A DNA stretch of 64,000 nucleotides from Gracilinanus agilis. Its lineage: Eukaryota. Made by a program: the position numbers and the translations under genes. The notes beneath the pieces are model-generated. The model saw only the letters and a program-made list of their open reading frames with translations, ran no database searches and was not told the origin of the DNA. The first letter of the stretch is position 1, and each line of letters starts with the position of its first letter. The DNA lies in assembly GCF_016433145.1 (NCBI RefSeq), contig NC_058135.1, positions 243,036,932 to 243,100,931 of the forward strand. The letters are read 5' to 3'. This document shows positions 26,126 through 39,711 of this stretch, in pieces.

Positions 26126-26509
26126 ACTGTTTAATTAATCCTTGTTGATTGATTTGCTGATTAATTGATTATGGGGATGAGAGAGAATAATTTTGGTATC
26201 CTGGAAGCATTTGGCTTGAAAATGAAATATAGAAATGATTTTCCTATTGATAGAGATCATGAATTTGCAAATGCCATGCTTTATTATCTCAGAAACAATT
26301 CTAATTACTGGAAATGCTAAGACTTCAGCTATTTTAAATAAACTTTATCAAAAATAGGCAACATTAAGAAACATTTCTTTTTTCCTTTTTCCAGGTTAAA
26401 ACACAATAATGCTAAAGACAAATTCATGGACTCAGGTTTATCCAAAAGGCATCAGATTTCGTTGTCAAACAGAGATCTTACAGTAATAGAATACGGGTTT
26501 GCAGGGAGG

Positions 26510-26512
<3 letters not shown>

Positions 26513-26548
<36 letters not shown>
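26513..26548. repeat. (TG)n microsatellite
   Basis: Direct reading. Confidence 0.97.
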
Positions 26549-26550
<2 letters not shown>

Positions 26551-28631
26551 TTATATCAATTATCCACCATTCATGACAAGAGGAGGAATATATAAAGCAA
26601 GACCTTTCAGGCTTTGATCATTGCATGGCATATAACCCCAGATTCTACAAGTTGATTTCACAGAAAGGGAATATATAGCTTATAGAGATTGTTCACTGTC
26701 CAGGTGGGTGAGTGAGAATAAATTCCGAGCAGATGTTAAAGGTTGGACTGAAAAGTATGGAAATGACCTTGTGGAATTTCAAACCCTATTAGAAGGGAAA
26801 GGGTTATATATATATATATATATAAAGACCAGTTTTAATAACATATAGAGTGAATTTTGGTTCCAAGAAAGTCAGCAACTATATAAAAATATTGTTATTT
26901 AATAAATGTTGAAATGTTACATACATGTTTACTATGGTTATTATGATGATGATTTCTGAATTCAGGTACTGATACCCTTTATGAAAAAGCCATGGCCTAC
27001 TGCCTCATGATTATTTCATATTTCCCAGAAAAAAAGGTCCATGAAAGGGAATTGCTTGAACTACCCAGGTCAAGATAATTGATGATATTTTTGTTCTAAC
27101 ATAGGAAAGAACTATTCAGGCTTAATAATTTTGCCAAAAAGCTCAGGAAAACGAGTGTGCTAATAATCAATGGCATTTGTTTTGTCACTGTGGCACAGAT
27201 GATATATTTATGGTTAGCAGTAGGTGCTCTTGGTCCTATACTAAAATAAATACATCTGAATCAACTGCAAGTCCAGATACAGATCAATCAGTGTGGATTG
27301 AAATTTCAGATTGACATTTCCAATGTATCAACATAGGGAAAGAGCAGAGCCTTGGCTGTAGAATCAGGGGACACAGGTTCAAATCTAACCTTTAATACTT
27401 ATTTCTTTGTGTCTTGGGGCAAGGACCTCCCCATTACCCCCCAGACATTTAACCTCCCTAGACATCAGCTTCCTTATCTATAAAGTGAGAGGGTTAGACT
27501 GGATGGCTTCTATATTCATTTCTGGTTCATGTCTAGGGTTCTCTAACATTATGCCAAATTTCCCATCAGTTTACATAGTCCTTTTCATGATGTGCATAAC
27601 TCTAAGACAAGATTTAGTTTTCATGATCTGTAGGAATTAGAATGAGAAAGGACCTTAAGATATCACCTCATCCAATCCCCTTATTTTGGACACAAGTGAA
27701 CTGAGAATCTCAGACATGTGAAGAGACATGCCCTAGATCTATGACTAGTATGCTCTAGAACCAGATTTTAAATCAATGTTTTCTTTCTCTAAAGGCAATG
27801 TGTTTCCAGTGGCCTACATTGCCTCAGTTATTTTCTGGATGTATGTACCATCTCTATGCTTGTGAGTATGAGTCAAGTGATGCCCCATAAGCTTGTCCCT
27901 GGAGGACCACTGACTTTAGAGAAGCTCATAGCAAGGTTGACCCCGCAACCTTGATGAGGTTCATCCATAGAAGTCCTTGAAGACATGCCACCAGATGAGA
28001 GAGAGGCTGGGATCAGAAGAGTCTGGAATCTCACCCACCAAAGAATTTGCAATATTGTCTCTTTGCCTCTAAGTCCTCTGTTACCCACACATTCAGAGAT
28101 AGTTCCCCTGGGAGTATTTGATCAAGGGTAACTGTGGTGAAGTGTTCAGAGAAACTGTGTCACATGGAAATGTTCTGGATTTTGTAGTTCAAATGCCCCT
28201 GATTGTAGCTATAAATTCTGAAATCTGTGGCTTTAGATTTTGCAAGAGTGCTTTGAGCACTCTTGGGATTTTTGTACTCAAATGATCATCGATTAGGTTT
28301 GTGTAGTGCACTAGGATGAGACTATAAGAGTTTTCTCTGCCAAATTACTTAATATTGAATAATAGAACAATTGGGGAGCCTAAGATTTGACTTTAGTTTT
28401 CTCTTGCCTGAAAAAAGCCAGCATGGAAGCCTTAGCAAATAATTTTTGATGCTCATTGCATATTTCTTCCCAAAATCTTAGTGTGCACAATATGTATATC
28501 ATGATCAATGAGAACAACCATAACTCTCAATTACAGTTATCAACAATCCCCATAAGAGTTTGAGACAGTGAAAAGTCACTTTAAAAGTTTTTTTTTTTAA
28601 ATAATGAAAAACACGGGCACAGATTTTTTTT

Positions 28632-28960
28632 TAATTCAACAAATGTTTATTAAGTATCTGCTTAGTGGCAGACACTGTCCTAGGCACTGGGGTTACAAAG
28701 ACAGAAGCAAAATAGTCCCTTCCTTTGATGAGCTTACACCCTATGAGGGAGATGTAATGTGTACACAAGTAAGTGAACAGAAAATATATACAGAGCAATA
28801 CCAAGCTACTTCAGGAGAAAAAGAAAGCTAATTGGGAAAAAAGGAAAGATTTTTTGTATAGAAGGTAGAACTGGACCATACTTAGCAAGCAAGCAGCTCT
28901 GGGTTCTAGGAGAGGTGAGGAGAGATTGTCTGCCAGACATAGGAGAACTGCTTGTTGAAA
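28632..28960 (-). mobile_element. L2 3'-end remnant
   Basis: TTCAACAAATGTTTATTAAG...CCTAGGCACTGGGG is the reverse complement of the L2 tail. Similar pieces at about 13160-13560, 18230-18330, 55740-56090 and 57650-58000. Confidence 0.6.
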
Positions 28961-29475
28961 GATTGATGGGCCAACACTGAGCTTAGAGTTAGAAAATTTG
29001 GGTTCATTTATGCTAGCTGGAGCAAGTCCCTTAAACCCAACCCATTGAGCTTCAATTTACCCATGTTTCAAGTATGGATAATAATACTTTTCCGAACTAC
29101 CTCACAGGGTTATTGTGAGAACCGAATGGCATTATATATGTAAACCACTTTGTAACCATGAATTGCTACATAAATGTCAGCTATTGTTATTGGTCTATTG
29201 TCAATTTTCACCTTTTTTTCTAACAATTTTCATGTTTTGCTACATATTTTTTGAATATTCAAACATAACCAATTAGTCAGCATGCAATTATTGGGAATTT
29301 TCTATGTGCCAAACATCATATATTTACAATCCCAAAGTCTCTCAGCACAATAGACTTCACTTGAACTGGATTTTAGTTACTTATCACACAGACATGACTT
29401 GTTCTCAGTACTAGTTTTATTGTGTACAAAGAGTGTTGTTAATCCAATATCCTTATGACATGATCTCCCCTAGAG

Positions 29476-29934
29476 CAGGAGTTCTTCACCTTTTTTGGAT
29501 CATGAAGTCCTTTTGTAGTGTGGAGATTAAAATGAACATACAAGAGCTAAGTGTTATATTTTATAAATTTTTATTAATAATAAACTAACATAAAAAAGCT
29601 AACTACAAAGGTACTAAACCAGCTGGCTCGTGAGAGCAAAAGAGGAAGGAGGGAGGAGTTACAGACTTATAAAACAATAATGTGACCACGCAAACGTGGA
29701 GGCGCAGAAGAGATTAAATTTTGGGATTTTGGGAAATACTAAGGGACTTTTGGGGGATGAAGTCCAAGGTTCAAAATCTCCATTTATACAGTAGTCTGGT
29801 AAGGCCTCTGAATCCTTTTCCACAACAATTTAAAATGTAGAAAATAAAATATATTGAGTTACAAAGGAAACCAATTATATCAAAATATGTTTTTTTAAAA
29901 AAATGTTGCATGTACCCTAAGTTAAGAATCCATT
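29476..29934 (+). mobile_element. hAT/Charlie-type MITE split by a solo LTR
   Basis: Termini CAGGAGTTCTTCACC and GTTAAGAATCC. Internal GTAGTCTGGTAAGGCC...TTACAAAGGAAACCAATTATAT is typical of Charlie-type MER elements. Confidence 0.6.
29519..29790 (-). mobile_element. ERV solo LTR (272 bp)
   Basis: TG...CA termini and 4-bp TSD GTAG (29515-29518 and 29791-29794). TATA-like site and AATAAA on the minus strand. Confidence 0.85.
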
Positions 29935-30770
29935 AATTAGAGGCACCCGATTCAGCTTTAAGGCATTCAACATTCAATCAACATTCATTCGATTTGGTTA
30001 TAATTCAGAAGAGAAGTTAAAATGGACTATGTTACCCACTCAAAGAGGGAAGTCTCATAGAACAAAGAGGCAATGAGGTGAGAAACACAGCTAGAGAAGG
30101 CTTTGAGCCTCCTTTTGGAGGGCAGGATCTTGAAGAAGACAGCCAAGAAACAAACATAGGAGATGAGGACCATCAGGAGAGAGCTGGCAAAACTCAATGT
30201 TCCAATAATAAATAGCTGACTTCCTGGAGGGCAAGTGTCCAAAGAAGCTATGGACAGTATTTGTGGGTCAGGGCAAGACAAGATATTGGAGTCAAAGAAA
30301 AATAACTCAGAAGTTGAAACTGTGTATTTCACCATACTGAGAAAACCATTGGAAAAAATGGCCATTATCAGGTGACCACAGGTCCTCCTGGACATAATTA
30401 TTGAATAGTACCAAAGAGGGTGACAGACAGATCTATAAGTATCAAAAACGACTGATACTTGGGAAATCTGTTCAGTGAGAGTGGAAGCACTTGAGAAATA
30501 CCTTGGGACAATGTTAACAGCTGCCAAAATTGGAGTCAAAGTATGAAGTATTTGGGAGAAATAGCAGGGTTCCACATAAAGGCACAAGCTATGGAAACAA
30601 TGCCAAACACAGGGTATATACTGCCCTATCTGGAATAACAGAATTGGACCCAGTTCTCTCATAAAAACAATGGAATAGAACAACAAAAAGAGAACCTCTT
30701 GTGGTTCTGCATTCAGCAGGCACTCAAAGAACAGGAACTTGAAGATTGGGCTCTGATTTTCTCCAGCCAT
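29935..30770 (-). pseudogene. Degenerate OR (OR5E-like paralog); 247-codon open frame 30770-30030, TAG at 30027-30029, frameshifted TM7 remnant
   Basis: MAGENQS start. Blocks align with the neighbouring OR: YFSSA, DSNI, SSLL.VL.SY.C, KAFSSCVSHL. MAYDRY has decayed to VVFDTY and PMY is lost. After the stop come NYNQI (neighbour KYNKV) and an out-of-frame MLNAL. Confidence 0.88.
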
Positions 30771-30792
30771 TTCCCTGTTTACCTTTTCTCCT

Positions 30793-30825
30793 CTGAAAAT
30801 ATACGGAAATAAGACAAAATGAGGG
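30793..30825 (-). promoter_or_regulatory. Strong candidate splice acceptor upstream of the degenerate OR
   Basis: Minus strand CATTTTGTCTTATTTCCGTATATTTTCAG ends 22 nt before the ATG at 30770. Confidence 0.55.
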
Positions 30826-33800
30826 TAAAGTTTCCAGTTTGAGCAATTTGACTTAGTATTTCCAGTGAATTGCCCCATCTTTCCATTCTGCTTTCAGCAA
30901 ACAGATTTGGCTTGTTATTCCTTGTAATTATTTTCATTAACATTTCCAAAGATTTCTAAAATATGCCTCCCTTCCACAAGCTGACCTTTGGAAGCCCCTT
31001 ATCTTTGTCATATATTACACAGTATGCTTTCTCCTTCACTTGTATTTACCACAGTTGGTAGGTCTTATAATCATTATTAATTTTTAAACTATTTTCAAAA
31101 TTTTCACAATTTACTGCTATGTCCTTCTCTCATCATAGTTTCTTGAATGCTTTGAAGTGACAAAATGTTGATGATGTGTTTAAGATTATAATTAATTATA
31201 ATAAGAAATGTATTCAGGTAAGAAGTGAGACACTATTTCTGAATACTTTTAAAAGAATACCAACACTGAACAATATAAAGTTCTGAGCATCATCTAGGTC
31301 CTCTTCAAGTGTTCTTTTACTTGGTAATAATGAAGTGATTTAATGGAACTAAGGTTTCCTGAGAAATGGTGAATTTGGCTCCATTGACTGTCCATCCCAT
31401 TGTTCACAGGGAGGTAACATGATCTACTAGGAGAGTCCTGGACCGGGTGCCAGAAAGACCTGAGTTCACATTCTCTCTCAGACATTTATTAGTTGTATGG
31501 CTCTTGATAAAAAAGTGAATTTCTCTGAATGTCAATGATTCCACAGATAAAATGATAATAACTGACCACCTCATGGGATTTTTGTGATAATCAAATGTTA
31601 TTATTTACATTAGTTGCTTTGCAAACCTAAAATCATAATATTAATTCCAATTATTAATTCAAAAAACATTAACTAAGAATCTCCCATGTTTATAGGCACT
31701 ATGCCCAGAATTATTTTGGTAAACTGACTTCACACAAATATGGATATGGATAATTTTTTCTTTTCAGCCCAACTGTACTATGATAGATTCACTGTCCAAC
31801 CATTTTCATAATCTTTAATTCTGATTTTTTCATCATTTTCATTTCTTTTCTATACTTGCTAGTATCCTACTTTTTTTGAATCAGCTCCTGTCTTCCCCAG
31901 GTGATTCATCTTTAAATGTAAAATAGTGCTTTTCATTAAGTCATTGTGAATTCAAAAATCCAAATCTCTTTTTACCATAAGTTTTGAGAAGAAAAAAAAT
32001 CATCCAGTAGATCTATAAAGTGAATCTAATTATATGAAGTACATAACTCTCAATATGATAGTATAAAAAGTGAGTCAATCTTTCCAGATTATTTAAAGGA
32101 AGAAAGATAAAGCATATTATGTAAATCAAGGATATAAAAAATCTGATATATTTGTAACTTCTTCTGCAAATGGAATACTCTCCAAACTGTGCAAGTGAAA
32201 AATGCAATTTTAAACTTTTTGGCATTCTTTAATCACTATCTAGAGTTTTCTATTGAAATTAAACCATTTGCCAACTTGGATCCCATCACCATCACTTCCA
32301 CAGTACCTTATATTTTACCTTGATACTATTTAATTTTCTAATTAGAAAAACAAAACTAAATGGTTAGTCCCCCCTCCCCCCGCCCAAGCCAAGAAACCTA
32401 TTACAAAGTCAATAAACTACTTACCAATCACCTGTAAAGAGGGTGACAGTGATTTCAGAAAGCATTTAAGTCATCAATCGTGTTGAGAAGCTTCAAGACT
32501 CCCCAAGATGTATATTGCTTCAGGATTTGTATTCAACTGTTTGAATATATAATGTTAAGAATTAATGAGTTTTCCCTTGTTATTTCTGGTAAAACTCAAG
32601 AGTCTCTAACATACATTACCTAGGGAACAACATTATTCTATGACTTAGATATGGTATCAATCTAAATTCTAGGTGGGGGTAGTGAATGAGACAAGGGACA
32701 AGTTTTTGTTTTGTTTTGTCTTGTTTTAATCATCAATTCTTGGAGTTTTATCCTAGAGTCTAGAGAAACTTTGATAAGCAAAATAAAAATTTTTAGTCTC
32801 CAAGCTAATGTTAAAAATCAATGTGTACATACATATTTATTATCAGCAAATACTTCTTTACTCCCTAAGGAGCCATTACACTAAGCTACAAAAAAAGCCT
32901 TCCTAATCCAAGACCATACTCTTGTTTTAGGTAAGCAAATTTCAAATGAATTGAAAGGAATTATGTTGACAGGCTCAATAATGAATACACTTCAATTTGG
33001 AATAAGACCTTTGATCTAGGTCTGATTGAATTCAAGGCTACTTGGGCTGCTTCTGTGGATGGATCTTTATATAGTACTGTTAAGGATGCAATCTGTGGTA
33101 TATAAATTTGTAATCCCAGCTCTGCAATTTACTACCTGTGTGACCTTGGGCAATTCAAATAAACTCTGTGGGTTTCAATGCCTCACCTGTAAAATGGAAG
33201 GAAATGACCTCTGAGGTCCCCTCCATTTCTAAATTTATAATCCTATATTATATCTATAAATCTGATATATGTGCATATATGTATATAAATATGTGTGCAT
33301 ATATGTATAACTGTTATCTAAATATTAATTACTGAAAGTTTATAAGAAATAGATTTTATGAAAAGGTAAAAGAGGGACAACATGGTAAAGCAGGTGTATA
33401 GACTACTTTGGAATCAGGAAAACTTGGGCCTGAGTCCTGCATATGATATACATTGGCTATATAATCATGGATAACTCGTTTAACTTCTCAGTGGTAGAGG
33501 CAGCTTTCTAAGATTATAAATTGTAGAAGATTAGCTACTCTGCATTGGTAGAAGGAGTTTCTACATCAAGAGTTCATCTACATTGAGATGGAATTTGAAC
33601 CCAGGTCTTCTTTATTCCAATGCCAGCACTTTCTTACATTGTACTGTAACATGCATGATCTTAAGTGGGCTGAACTGCCTCACAGAATTCCACAGTACCC
33701 CCCAGAACTCCAGGTGAGGGGGCAGTTGGGGCAGTTAAGAATGTGGATATAAAAGCAGGACACCCAGCTTGGCAAACTCACTCTTTGGGGGAGCTGGGTG

Positions 33801-34320
33801 GCTTGAAAGGGGTAGAAATTGCTTCCTATCAGCTAGCTCATCTCTAAACTGAGGAAGCAGGGTGTTTCTTTGCTGAATACTCCATTTGACTATAATCAGG
33901 CTGTGAGCACTGTGAAAAATACCTTATATGCAGTATCCCAGTCAATCTCTAACAATATAGATCTACAATCAAGATTATCTTTATCATCTTAAACTTGATA
34001 ACATTAGATTTAAGAGAAAGTTTAGTCTGACCATATGATGTCCCTGTTCAGTAAACTACAATGTTTCTGATGTCTAGGATTAAATTCACACTTTTCTGTT
34101 TTGCAGCCTGACTCCACATACGTTGCTAGCCTTATATATTATGATTGGTTGATCCCTGTAATCCTTACAATATAAGAGACTGAGGCTGGTGGTATGATAA
34201 TATAATACTCTACTTTAGATGTATCATGCCACCTAAACTTGAGTGCACTAAGCTTCACTGTGTTAAGCCAATCAAGTTCCATCCAAATTGAGAAATGGCT
34301 TGTTATAAGATTATACCTGG

Positions 34321-37300
34321 GGGGTTCCAGATTAAGATGGCAGCAGAGTAAAAAGCAGCTGCTTAACCTCTCCTAATCCACACATATAGGACTCCTCAAG
34401 AAGACATAAAAACAAATCCAGACGAATGAAGGGACCCCACAACAGGGTGCAGCATTGAAGGTACATGGAATCGGGGCATTTCCATGCTATAAAGAGGTGA
34501 AACAGCTCTCACTAAAATGCAAGCTGAGTGCCCCACTCCACCCCTGCCCCCCATACCATCTCCAGGGTCAAAGCCAGCACACAAGAGCTAGAGCAAGTTT
34601 GGGGCATCCATTAAGTCCTTGACAGCTACCTGGGGTCACCAGCGCCTGTGCCTGAGAGCAGCAAGACTTAAGACCCCAAGAGGCTAAAGAACGCATGGAC
34701 TTTCAACACAGACCCTGAGCGCAGGCACAGTTGCAGCTGCAGACATGGATTCTGAGTGCAGGTGTGGACCTTGGGTGGGGACCTAGTGCAGAGGGTAGCA
34801 TGACTGTGGAAGCAGTGCCCTGAGACTGTTAAAGGAGCTTCGGGCAGAGGAACAAGCAAGGGGACCACCAGGAGGCTTGACCCTGAGAACAACTAGACCT
34901 GAGACATCAGGAGCCTAAAGAGCACAGACAGACCCTGGGCATGAGGATAAAGCTGATAGGGTGCTGGGCTAAAAATGGCAAGCCAGAGACAAGAACCCTA
35001 GAAGAGAAAGATCAAGAAGAAATCTTTAACACTTGACAACTTTTACACAGAAAAAATCCAGACAACAGAGCAAACAGCAGAGGAGAACAAACAAGTAATC
35101 ATATCCAAACCTTCCCAAAAAATTGAAAACTGGTCACAAGCTATTGAAGAGTTCAAATCTGAGATTATGAGAAAGATGGAAGAGAACTGGCAAGAAAATA
35201 AGTTTAAAAGGCAGAATTTCACAATTAGAAAGTGAGGCTCAGAAATCAAATGAATTGATAAGCAAATTGAAGACCAGAAATGACCAGCTGGAAGCCTCAA
35301 AGAACTAAATAGACCAGATTCAAAAGGAAAACCAAAAGATTATAGCCAAAAACCAGTCTCTAAAGACAAGAATTGGGCAAGTAGAAGCCAATGATCTCTT
35401 AAGACAACAAGAACAAAGAAAGCAGTCAAAAGACAGATAAAGTAGAAGGAAACATGAAATATCTCACTGAGAAATCAACAGATCAAGAAAACAGGTCTAG
35501 AAGAGATAATCTGAGAATCCTTGGTCTTCCTGAAAAAGCAGAAATTAATAGAAATTTGGACTCCATATTAAAGGAAATTATTCAGCAAAATTGCCCTGAA
35601 GTTCTACAAGAAGAGGGCAATATAGACATTGAAAGGATCCATAGATCACCCTCTACACTTAACCCTGAAAAGACAACCCCCAGAAATATAATAACCAAAT
35701 TCAAGAGCTTCCAAGTAAAAGAAAAAATTTTACAAGAAGCCAGAAAGAGGCAATTCAGATATCAAGGAGTACAAATCAGGATCACACAGGATCTGGAAGC
35801 CTCCACACCACAAGACTGCAAGGCTTGGAATATGATATTCAGAAAGGCAAGAGAACTGGGTCTACAACCAAGGATCACCTAACCATCAAAACTGACTATA
35901 TACTTCCAGGGGAAAGTACGAGCGTTCAACAAGATAGAAGATTTCCAAGTATTTGCACAGAAAAGACCAGGACTAAATGGAAAGTTTGATATCCAACCAC
36001 AAAAACCAAGAGAACATGAAAAGGTAAATAAGAAACAGAGGGGAAAGAAAGAAAACTCTTATTTTTAAATTTTCCTCTTTAAGGGCTTCAATAAGATCAA
36101 ATTATTTGTATTCCTATATGGAGAAATGTTATGTGTAATTCTCTGTAGGGAACTCTATTCACTATTATAATATCCACTATTATAGTAATTAGAAGAATTA
36201 TTCACAAGGAGAGGCTGGAGTACTAAATGGTCTAAGGGGATGGATGGAAAAGAGGGGGGTGAATAGTAGAGGACACCAAGAGAAACCTGAATGAATAAGA
36301 AAAATAGGGTTTTCTATTACACACAAAGAGGGCATGGGAAGGGGAGGGGATAAATACTATTATAAGAAGGAGAGGAAGAGAGCATTAAGAGGTAATATTT
36401 AAACCTTACTCTCAGTGGAATTAACCCTGAGAGGGAAGAGTAGCTATATCCATTGAGATATAGAACTCTATCTAACCCTACTGAGAAAGTCAGAAGAGAT
36501 AAACCAAGGGGAGCAGAGGAGTGGGGAGGTCAAAAAAGGGAGGGGAGAAGAAGGGAGAGGGAATTCATTAGGCCTTAAAAATAAAAAGAGGGGAATAACA
36601 AGGGAGGGGGTAGAAAGGGTAGTAAATCAAGGGAGGGGACAAGGGTTACTGGTTTAAAACAAATCACTGGTTTAAAAGGAAATAGCCTAAGAAGAAGGGG
36701 TAGAACTAAGAGAGGATACCAAAATGTTGGGGAATACACAACTGATAATTATAACTCTGAATGTGAAGGGGATGATTGATTATACTAAATTAAAAAGCTT
36801 TTATACAAACAAAAACAATGCAACCAAAATCAGAAGGGAAACAACAAATTGGGAAAAAAATTTTTATAACAAAAAACTCTGACAGGGGTCTAATTACTCA
36901 AATATACAAGGAGTTAAATCAATTGTATAAAAAAATCAAGCCATTCCCCAATTGATAAATGGGCAAGGGACATGAACAGGCAATTTTCAGATAAAGAAAT
37001 CAAAACTATCAATAAGCACATGAGAAAGTGCTCTAAATTTCTAATAATTAGAGAAATGCAAATCAAAACAATGCTGAGGTATCACCTCATACCTAGCAGA
37101 TTGGCTAAAATGATAGTAGGGGAGAGTAATGAATGTTGGAGGGGATGTGGCCAAATTGGGACATTAATACACTGCTGGTGGAGTTGTGAACTGATCCAAC
37201 CATTCTGGCTGGCAATTTGGAACTATGCTCAAAGGGCTATAAAAGATTGCCTCCTCTTTGATCCAGCCATACCATAGTTGGGTTTGTACCCCAAAGAGAT

Positions 37301-37851
37301 CATAGATAAAAAGACTTGTATGAAAATATTTATAGCTGCGCTTTTTGTGGTGGCAAAAAACTGGAAAATGAGGGTATGTTCTTCAATTGGGAAATGGCTG
37401 AACAAACTGTGGTATATGCTGGTGATGGAATATTATTGTGCTGAAAGGAATAATGAACTGGAGGAATTCCATGTGAACTGGAAAGACCTCCAGGAACTAA
37501 TGTAGAGTGAAAGGAGCAGGGCCAGAAGAACATTGTACACAGAGACCAATACACTGTGGTAAAATAGAAGGTAATGGACTTCTCTACTAGCATCAATGCA
37601 ACGATCCGTAACAATTCTGAGGGATTTATGGAAAAGAACCCTTCCCACATTCAGAGGAAGAACTACAGGAGAGGAAACACAGAAGAAAAGCAATTGCTTT
37701 TTCTTGATCAATGACACATGCTAAAACCAGGGGAAATGCGCACCAGCTATGGGGGGTGGGAGAGGAGGTTGCGAGTTGAAGGGGAAAGTAAGAGCATGAA
37801 TCATGTAACCATGATAACTTTTCTAAAAAAATAAAAATTACTTTAAAAAAA
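34321..37851 (+). mobile_element. L1 with both ends, disrupted ORF1 (about 34975-36027) and about 2.9 kb of ORF2 deleted (junction 36775/36776)
   Basis: 5' end GGGGTTCCAGATTAAGATGGC. ORF1 peptide RSRRDNLRILGLPE...QIRITQDL. ORF2 start joined directly to the ORF2 C-terminal region. 14-bp TSD AAGATTATACCTGG at 34307-34320 and 37852-37865. Confidence 0.93.
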
Positions 37852-38880
37852 AAGATTATACCTGGTGGTCTTGAGACCAACAGTACTGTTTCCCCTAAAG
37901 GGAGGTCATAAAATCATAGAATATACTTATGGAAAGACAAGCTGGCAGTAGACAAAATGTTATTTGCAGGAAACAGCTATGCTAATCTTCAAAAATTATT
38001 TTTCCATAAGTATGTTCTATAAGCCTCTTTTCATGTCAATATTTATTCTTCACATATTTCACTTTTTCCAATATGATAGGCTAGGTCAATTTTTAGAAAC
38101 AGTGTATTCTTGGTAATTTTAATCTCACTAATTTTTGTGATCCTCTCTTTGACATTCTCCTCTTAAAAACTAGCAGCTTATTTCAACAAGAACATGAAAT
38201 TGGACTGAATGAAATCATATAATATTGAGACCCTAGATGGGCCTCCATGGCTAGAGTGCTATTTCATGCTAGAGCTGATCAAGTGAAGTAGAACTCATCA
38301 GAGAGCAGCAATATTGAGGAATTTGTTTGCATAATCTAAAACTAGTCTGACCCATCTTGAACATGTTTGTTTTGGGAAATGGCTTTTATTCATTTAGATT
38401 TCATCAATTAACTATAGATTTTGAATGACAGACTTATAAGCATGTAAATATTTGCTTTAGTTCATCTTATTATAGTTGGATTTATTTGTATAATAGATTT
38501 TTAAAAATTTTTTATAACATCGTGGTGGTTTATTTGCTTTTTATAGTATTCACTGTTGTGGCTGATTGATTATATATATCCAACTGTTACTCACAGTTTT
38601 GTGAAATTTGATCCTATTATTTTTTAGTCTTTTAAAAATGTTTTGTAGTATATAATATAAGATGCAGGTCTAAGCAGATTTTTCTGCCAAATAGGTGTCT
38701 TGTTTTCCCAGTAATTCTTGAGTTTATTAATGAAAAAAAAACCTCTATACTCTTTCATTTTGTGTTTTTGTGTTTATAAAAAATTAAATGCCTTTTATAC
38801 ATTTCCTTTTCTTGCTTATATATTTAATTCTACTGATCAACTTTTCTGTTTTTTCTAGTACTAGACTTTTATTTTATAAT

Positions 38881-39711
38881 TGTGATAAGGGAATAATGAT
38901 GGTAATATTTTTAGAGATGAAAAGGAGTCCACTTCACCTAGGTCATAAAATACACTGAGATATGTCAGGGAATTGTGAGAAATTTCAGGGGTTTAGAAAA
39001 ACAAGTGCTTAATTGTGGGAATTGAGTGAACCACACTGATGACATCTTGCAATTCAATTCTGGAGCTGGTTTAGTTCCCTTTCTATTCATACATGGGCCT
39101 ATTCCAAATCCTATCTTGTGAGAAAAGTTTATTCAATTGTGGGAATTGTTAGAAAATTTTATTGCATTGTTTAAACCTAGCCCAGTATGGCTTAGAAACT
39201 ACCACCAATACTTGCTATTTCTAGAGCCTAAGAAGGACATAGGTTATGTTGACCAGAAATGCACGTAAGGATGTTTTCTCATAACTGTGTATCTCAAACA
39301 ACCAATCTGTCTTATCTAAGAACTGGCCCTATACTAATCAATCAGTTATTGTTTGTGTGTTCCTTCTATTGTTTACATGTACTGCATCAACCCATGTGTT
39401 CAAGCAGAGGAGTAGGACAGCTCTTTTCCTGAATTCAGGAATTGTACATTTTTTCTCTGCTCCTCTCGCCTTGGAAAGTCCCTACTCTTTCCTCCAATTA
39501 GAAATCAGACCACCTAATGTTCTATTTTTTCCTTTTAATTAATTGACCTTATTTGATTAATTATTTGTAATGTATAAAAGTGTGTCTTCCCTAAACTAAG
39601 GAAGGGCTTGGTTCCCATTTGCTGGGCAGTTGGAATGCATTGCTTAATAAATAGATGTGTTTAGAAGATCAAATTTTTGTTTCTTCAGACATTGCATTTT
39701 TTGCTAGTTAC
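38881..39711 (+). mobile_element. Possible LTR
   Basis: Starts TGTGATAAGGG, has TATAAAA (about 39572) and AATAAA (about 39646), and could end at GTTACA. No TSD found. Confidence 0.35.

Noticed and set aside
30771-30878. 36-aa extension ahead of MAGENQS
   Set aside because: It spans the polypyrimidine tract and acceptor (intronic) and has no OR similarity.
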